Shown: positions 59,970 to 64,000 of the stretch, in pieces
How positions within the stretch are numbered: position 1 is the first letter of the stretch
How the letters are laid out: each line of letters begins with the position of its first letter
Assembly (NCBI GenBank): GCA_040954595.2
Contig: CM082582.2
Coordinates: 9,477,483 to 9,541,482 of the forward strand
Length of the DNA stretch: 64,000 bases
Direction of reading: 5' to 3'
Origin: Balanoglossus misakiensis
Lineage: Eukaryota; Animalia; Hemichordata
Notes under the pieces: model-generated
The model's database searches: none
What the model was told of the DNA's origin: nothing
What the model saw: only the letters and a program-made list of their open reading frames with translations
Translations under genes and position numbers: made by a program

Positions 59970-60917
59970 AGATTTGCGAAAGCTAATTATAGAAACAATA
60001 AAAAGTGGATGAGTAATTCCCCATTAGCATCTGTCTATTTTAATTGGTCTATTAACATGATTTGATGGACGAGTGACAACAGATTCATTAAAGTGATCAA
60101 TTTATGACTCGTAAAAATCATAGGAATAATTATCCCAGTTTTTTTATTTTTACGGCCGGGGGTGATTATCGGAGGGGAACTGGCAAAACATCGCCCGAAG
60201 GCGTATTTATTAGAAGTCGGAAGTATATAAGCGAAATCAGAAAAGCATAAAACTTGGCCCCATCCAATAGTCAACTTGACCTTTGAGAAATTAAATTCAC
60301 CCACGGTGGCTAGTGTTCATGAAGACTAGATAAATGTATTATAATGTCAGTAATGAGCCAATACAGTCGCCATTAAAATATAACTATCATCGTGGAACGA
60401 CGCACCCATCCAGAAAACTAGACTGCGCTATCGCCGTCGATTTGGGACATGCAATTTTCCACTTTTCCCTCATACAAAATGCTTCAATATGCCGAACTCA
60501 GTGTAATATCATGGTTCGGGAATAGACCGTGTATCTGGGTGGGTCCCCGGGGACGGCGCAAATGTCATATATTAAACTCAATTTTCTACAGGCCCCATAC
60601 TTTCTGATGGTATGTATTTTGCCGCTCCCCAGGGCATTGTGGGAATTCATCGGCCTCTCTGCAATCATCTACACTACGGGTCAACTGTCTCAACTCCAAA
60701 ATGTATTTTCATTATGTCATCTCGGCCCGGCGTACGTTTCAATTGTCTACCTACAGATGTATCAATATTACATTGTTCTGACAAAAGCCTTTTTTGATTT
60801 ATACGGCTGGGGAGTCATTTACACCGCGCCGACACTTTGTTCTTTCTCTGTATTTTTCACTCGTTTCTCTGTTTATGTCTGAGGCCTCTGCACTTTTTTC
60901 CAAATCAGAGACTGCAA

Positions 60918-60932
60918 AGCGCCATCTATGGT
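60918..60932 (-). promoter_or_regulatory. CTCF-like motif (reverse)
   Basis: Minus strand reads ACCATAGATGGCGCT: TAGATGGCGC core, imperfect 5' part. Confidence 0.3.
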
Positions 60933-61227
60933 ACTTATAATTTTAAATTAAAATTAATGAACTTTTTTTTAATAAATTCTTTTACAAGTTTCTTGATCTT
61001 TCACATTTAGCCATATGAAAACTAACTGGATTTGTTTTAATATTTCAAATTCTAATTTGTTAGAACATCTAAATCACTTCCACTTGTCAACTCACAAAAA
61101 CTGTCAGACACAAAATTTCATTCCTAGTTTTGAATCTCTTTCAGTGCTTGTTAAATCAGCATCATTTTCTAGTTGAAGAGACTTTTTCTGGTGACATACT
61201 AGGGTTTTGCTTATTTGCAATTGAATG

Positions 61228-61233
61228 TTTATT
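61228..61233 (-). terminator. Candidate polyadenylation signal (AATAAA) for the minus-strand gene
   Basis: Minus strand reads AATAAACATTCAATTGCAAA, downstream of the candidate 3'UTR acceptors. AATAAA is common in AT-rich DNA, so support is only positional. Confidence 0.3.
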
Positions 61234-62445
61234 TGCTTCCAACAGGTGGCCATAGTATATCTCAAAATGAACTAAACATTCACCCTCCCACGATGCAACC
61301 AAGTGATTGAATACTGCAGTACCCAGAGCAATGCATTGTGGGTGCCAACCACCACTGTGCATTCGGGTAACTGCACCATGGGTACCAATTACTCCATGGG
61401 GACGTACGACAACTTGTGATCATAATTTAGTGACCAAAACTCCACTTTATCAACAAGATAACAAACCAGATTAAAAAGTAAAAGAACCTCATAATTATTA
61501 AAGGTTTGTCATCTACATGTACCGTATATATTGCAGCAAATGAGAGATCTTAATTACCAAACAGACACAAACTGTACAACATCCATAAGATAAAAGTTGC
61601 TTTCTCTCTGAATTTTGACAGAGTACATCAACACATAATGTTTCTCTCTATGTATTTTTACAAGGTACATCTGCCATCTTGTTGTGTGTACCTTCCCGAT
61701 AGATAACATGTCAGGATATTTGGAATATTTTTACTTATAGATCGAAAACTACAGGAAAAATGCATAATCTTCCTATTCTATCTTAGGTGATATCGGTCAG
61801 AGACAAAAAAAATCAGGCTTTTATGACATTGGCTGCTCGTGAGTACTGTCTCACCACACAACACTGTCTGCATATCAACACGCAACAGCAAAAAAAAAAA
61901 ATGGGGCTGCAACATTTGACTGGCAATTGGATATATCAAAATGACAATTTATCGGAACGACTCTCATGACAATACAAGCATGAGGAAAGACTACAACGCA
62001 GACTTTCCAAGGTTTTGATAGACTACACGAATTTATAGGGAATCTCTCTGAAACCTGACTGGGTCAGTTTTAGGTCATCTAACATCTTTTTACAACAATT
62101 TGAAGATTTTTACACACAATTTTTGTCATAGAAATGTCCCGAAAATTTTTGAAATAATTATATTTCATAATTTTTTTTTTAGGGGGGGGGGGGCAAGACA
62201 TTCTCATTATTCAAGCATCTCTGCATATAAAGAAACTACGTCAGATAAATGCTATCATTTCTTTCCAAGATGAAATTGTGCAAAAGGCAATCCTCGCTTC
62301 ATGTCAGTTGACATGTTGACTGGAAATCTATAGCTGTCAGATGCAGAGGTAGCAGATATCATACAGACTGTCACATTCAGTATTATCTTCCTTTGATAAC
62401 CCCCAGTTACACGTCTATGTGCAGTGACCGTACACAATCCTATGT

Positions 62446-62844
62446 TTAAAGGACATTGGCCGCAACTTTGGAGAATCCTTTGACATTTTTTTTAAACTTT
62501 GTATCAACTACACTATCTTGTTCTACTCTCTGAAGCATGTTGAAATGTCCAGTGTTCTGCTTGTCAACATAACATGGTCTGAGAGTGCCACGGTGTAGCA
62601 GGCATTGTTTTGTTTTCCGTTAAAAGATGTTTTGTTGTCAAACAAAAACAACAATGCACGTTTCTCACATGTATTGTTAGTTGACAAGCCAAACAGTGAG
62701 CATTTCAACATGTTTTTAACCCTTTCACGCCCCCCACTTACCTCTGTACTGGTCCAACTTTACAGTAGAAAACTATGAATTTGGACCAAACTATTGTGGT
62801 GAAAGGGTTAAAATACAAGGGAGAACAAGATGCTGTATTTGATA
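62446..62844. mobile_element. Degenerate foldback (long inverted-repeat) non-autonomous DNA transposon with a TTAA|AGG left end (Kolobok-like), interrupted by a piggyBac-type MITE
   Basis: Nested arm pairs: TATCAA 62502 / TTGATA 62839; ATCTTGTTCT 62515 / AGAACAAGAT 62822; CATGTTGAAATG 62536 / CATTTCAACATG 62701; GCTTGTCAAC 62559 / GTTGACAAGC 62680; GCATTGTT 62602 / AACAATGC 62650. The right terminus is not recognisable and the superfamily assignment is inference. Confidence 0.65.
62716..62811. mobile_element. piggyBac-type MITE, copy 2 (88 bp plus TTAA target-site duplication)
   Basis: TTAA|CCCTTTCAC...GTGAAAGGG|TTAA with internal GGTCCAA/TTGGACC; homologous to 40733-40825. Confidence 0.87.
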
Positions 62845-62953
62845 ACAGAACAAATATGATTAGAGATATGTGTCTCTTCTCATAATAACACATATACACT
62901 TGGCTCACATTTGTTCCAGATATTAAATAGAAGAACATAAAAAAAGAAGATGT

Positions 62954-62962
62954 ACTTACTTG
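62954..62962 (-). other. Consensus 5' splice donor (CAA|GTAAGT) 3 nt after the stop codon; probable 3'UTR intron
   Basis: Minus strand reads ATG TAG CAA|GTAAGT with the GT at 62959-62958. Composition drops sharply from GC-rich to AT-rich here, and transposon insertions lie just beyond, as expected for intron sequence. Confidence 0.7.
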
Positions 62963-64000
62963 CTACATGTAGCTGTATTGTGTTGTTGAGGCGGACGATG
63001 AAACTGGAGGTGGTGCCCTCACTGGTGTCGTTTGCGGCGTTGTCACCGCCACTTGTATGCGCGTGGGCACGGCGGTTGCTGGCCGAAGTGTCAGTCCCTG
63101 GGCCTGGGCTCTGTTCAAAACGGCCCACGTCGGGTTGGGCACGATCGCCTGCTGCGTGATCCCTCCTCCAGCGGGTGCCTGGCTGGCAACCAGGGTGAAA
63201 TTCTGGGGAGTCCCCGCGCCGCCTTGGTCGGATCTCTGAGCGACGCCCGCTACGTTGATGTTCGGCCGGAGTTGGAACGTCTGCGGCGGCTGCTGCAGTC
63301 CCGCCTGCAGCTGGCCGACGGGCGTGGCGTGCAGTCGGATGGGTATGGGCCCCTGCTGTTGGATGATCACCGGTTGGCCGTTGCTCAGCGTCGTCACTTG
63401 GATCTGGGTCGAGTTCTGGTCGACGATCATCGAGCTGGGGATGGTCAGGACTTGGGGCATTGTGGCTACCGACTGCTGGTCTGTGTTGTTATGCTGCTGC
63501 TGCGATGCAACAGTGGTGAAGACTCTGTGCAGATTCTGATCCGACTGCGCCATGATGATTCCGTTCTGGGCCTGGCCGACGTGGGAAATCTGCTGCTGTT
63601 GGGAGGCAGACAGACCTTCCAGTGGTGTTGTGTGCAGGAGCTGAGTGACCGGTCCGGATGCAACCGAGTACGTCAGCGGCTGTGGGAAGCTGGCGGACGT
63701 GTTGACGCTGGTGCCGACGTTCGACTGCTGTATCAGACTGACAACGGCCTCCGACTGCTGCTGTTCCTGCTGTTGCTGGCTGTCGGTGTGCAGCACAATC
63801 GTGTCGGTCCTCTGCTCGTTCGACGCGGGGGTCTCCACGACGATGGTCACGGTGTCTTCCGATCCTTTGCCCTGCTCCGCTTGCTCCCCGCTCACCGCCT
63901 GCGCGATGGCCATTTCGACGGCGCGCTCCACCGGTATGTTTGCACCGACAATGTTTCCGCCGGTGACAACTTCGCCCTGAGCGCTGCTCATCTCGGCGTT
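62963..64000 (-). CDS. Last coding exon (5'-partial) of an unidentified protein with a Gln/Thr/Val/Ser/Pro/Ala-rich, probably disordered C-terminal region; resembles nuclear transcriptional-regulator activation regions
   Basis: The frame is open from the window edge (N-A-E-M-S-S-A-Q-G...) to TAG at 62965-62963, 345 codons. GC content is far above background, the DNA is non-repetitive, and the composition is protein-like (poly-Q patches, TIVVETP, QIQVTT), ending ...TTQYSYM*. The Met at 63991 is probably internal. No domain recognised. Confidence 0.88.
   Translation of the reverse strand, partial: NAEMSSAQGEVVTGGNIVGANIPVERAVEMAIAQAVSGEQAEQGKGSEDTVTIVVETPASNEQRTDTIVLHTDSQQQQEQQQSEAVVSLIQQSNVGTSVNTSASFPQPLTYSVASGPVTQLLHTTPLEGLSASQQQQISHVGQAQNGIIMAQSDQNLHRVFTTVASQQQHNNTDQQSVATMPQVLTIPSSMIVDQNSTQIQVTTLSNGQPVIIQQQGPIPIRLHATPVGQLQAGLQQPPQTFQLRPNINVAGVAQRSDQGGAGTPQNFTLVASQAPAGGGITQQAIVPNPTWAVLNRAQAQGLTLRPATAVPTRIQVAVTTPQTTPVRAPPPVSSSASTTQYSYM

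Noticed and set aside
62950-63980. Plus-strand Cys-rich ORFs overlapping the terminal exon
   Set aside because: Antisense shadows of the CAG-rich minus-strand CDS.

Overview
This is AT-rich eukaryotic (metazoan, probably invertebrate) genomic DNA that is almost entirely non-coding; no prokaryotic features, rRNA, tRNA or CRISPR arrays are visible. The only convincing coding sequence is a large last coding exon on the minus strand at the right edge (62963 to beyond 64000). It encodes more than 345 aa of Q/T/V/S/P/A-rich low-complexity sequence and is followed 3 nt after its stop by a perfect splice donor. A ~4.0 kb tetranucleotide array (CAGG/CGGG/CAGA; CCTG/CCCG/TCTG on the minus strand) at 17997-22019 stays in 4-bp register, shows internal higher-order duplications and generates all of the very long ORFs in the track. 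There are two copies of an ~85-88 bp TTAA-flanked piggyBac-type MITE, one of them nested in an older foldback element, plus several microsatellites. The remaining ~55 kb looks like a gene desert or giant intron rich in TALE/homeodomain-type motifs, with convergent CTCF-like motifs near its ends. I found no convincing novel protein-coding system; the leads are structural and regulatory, and most are inference.
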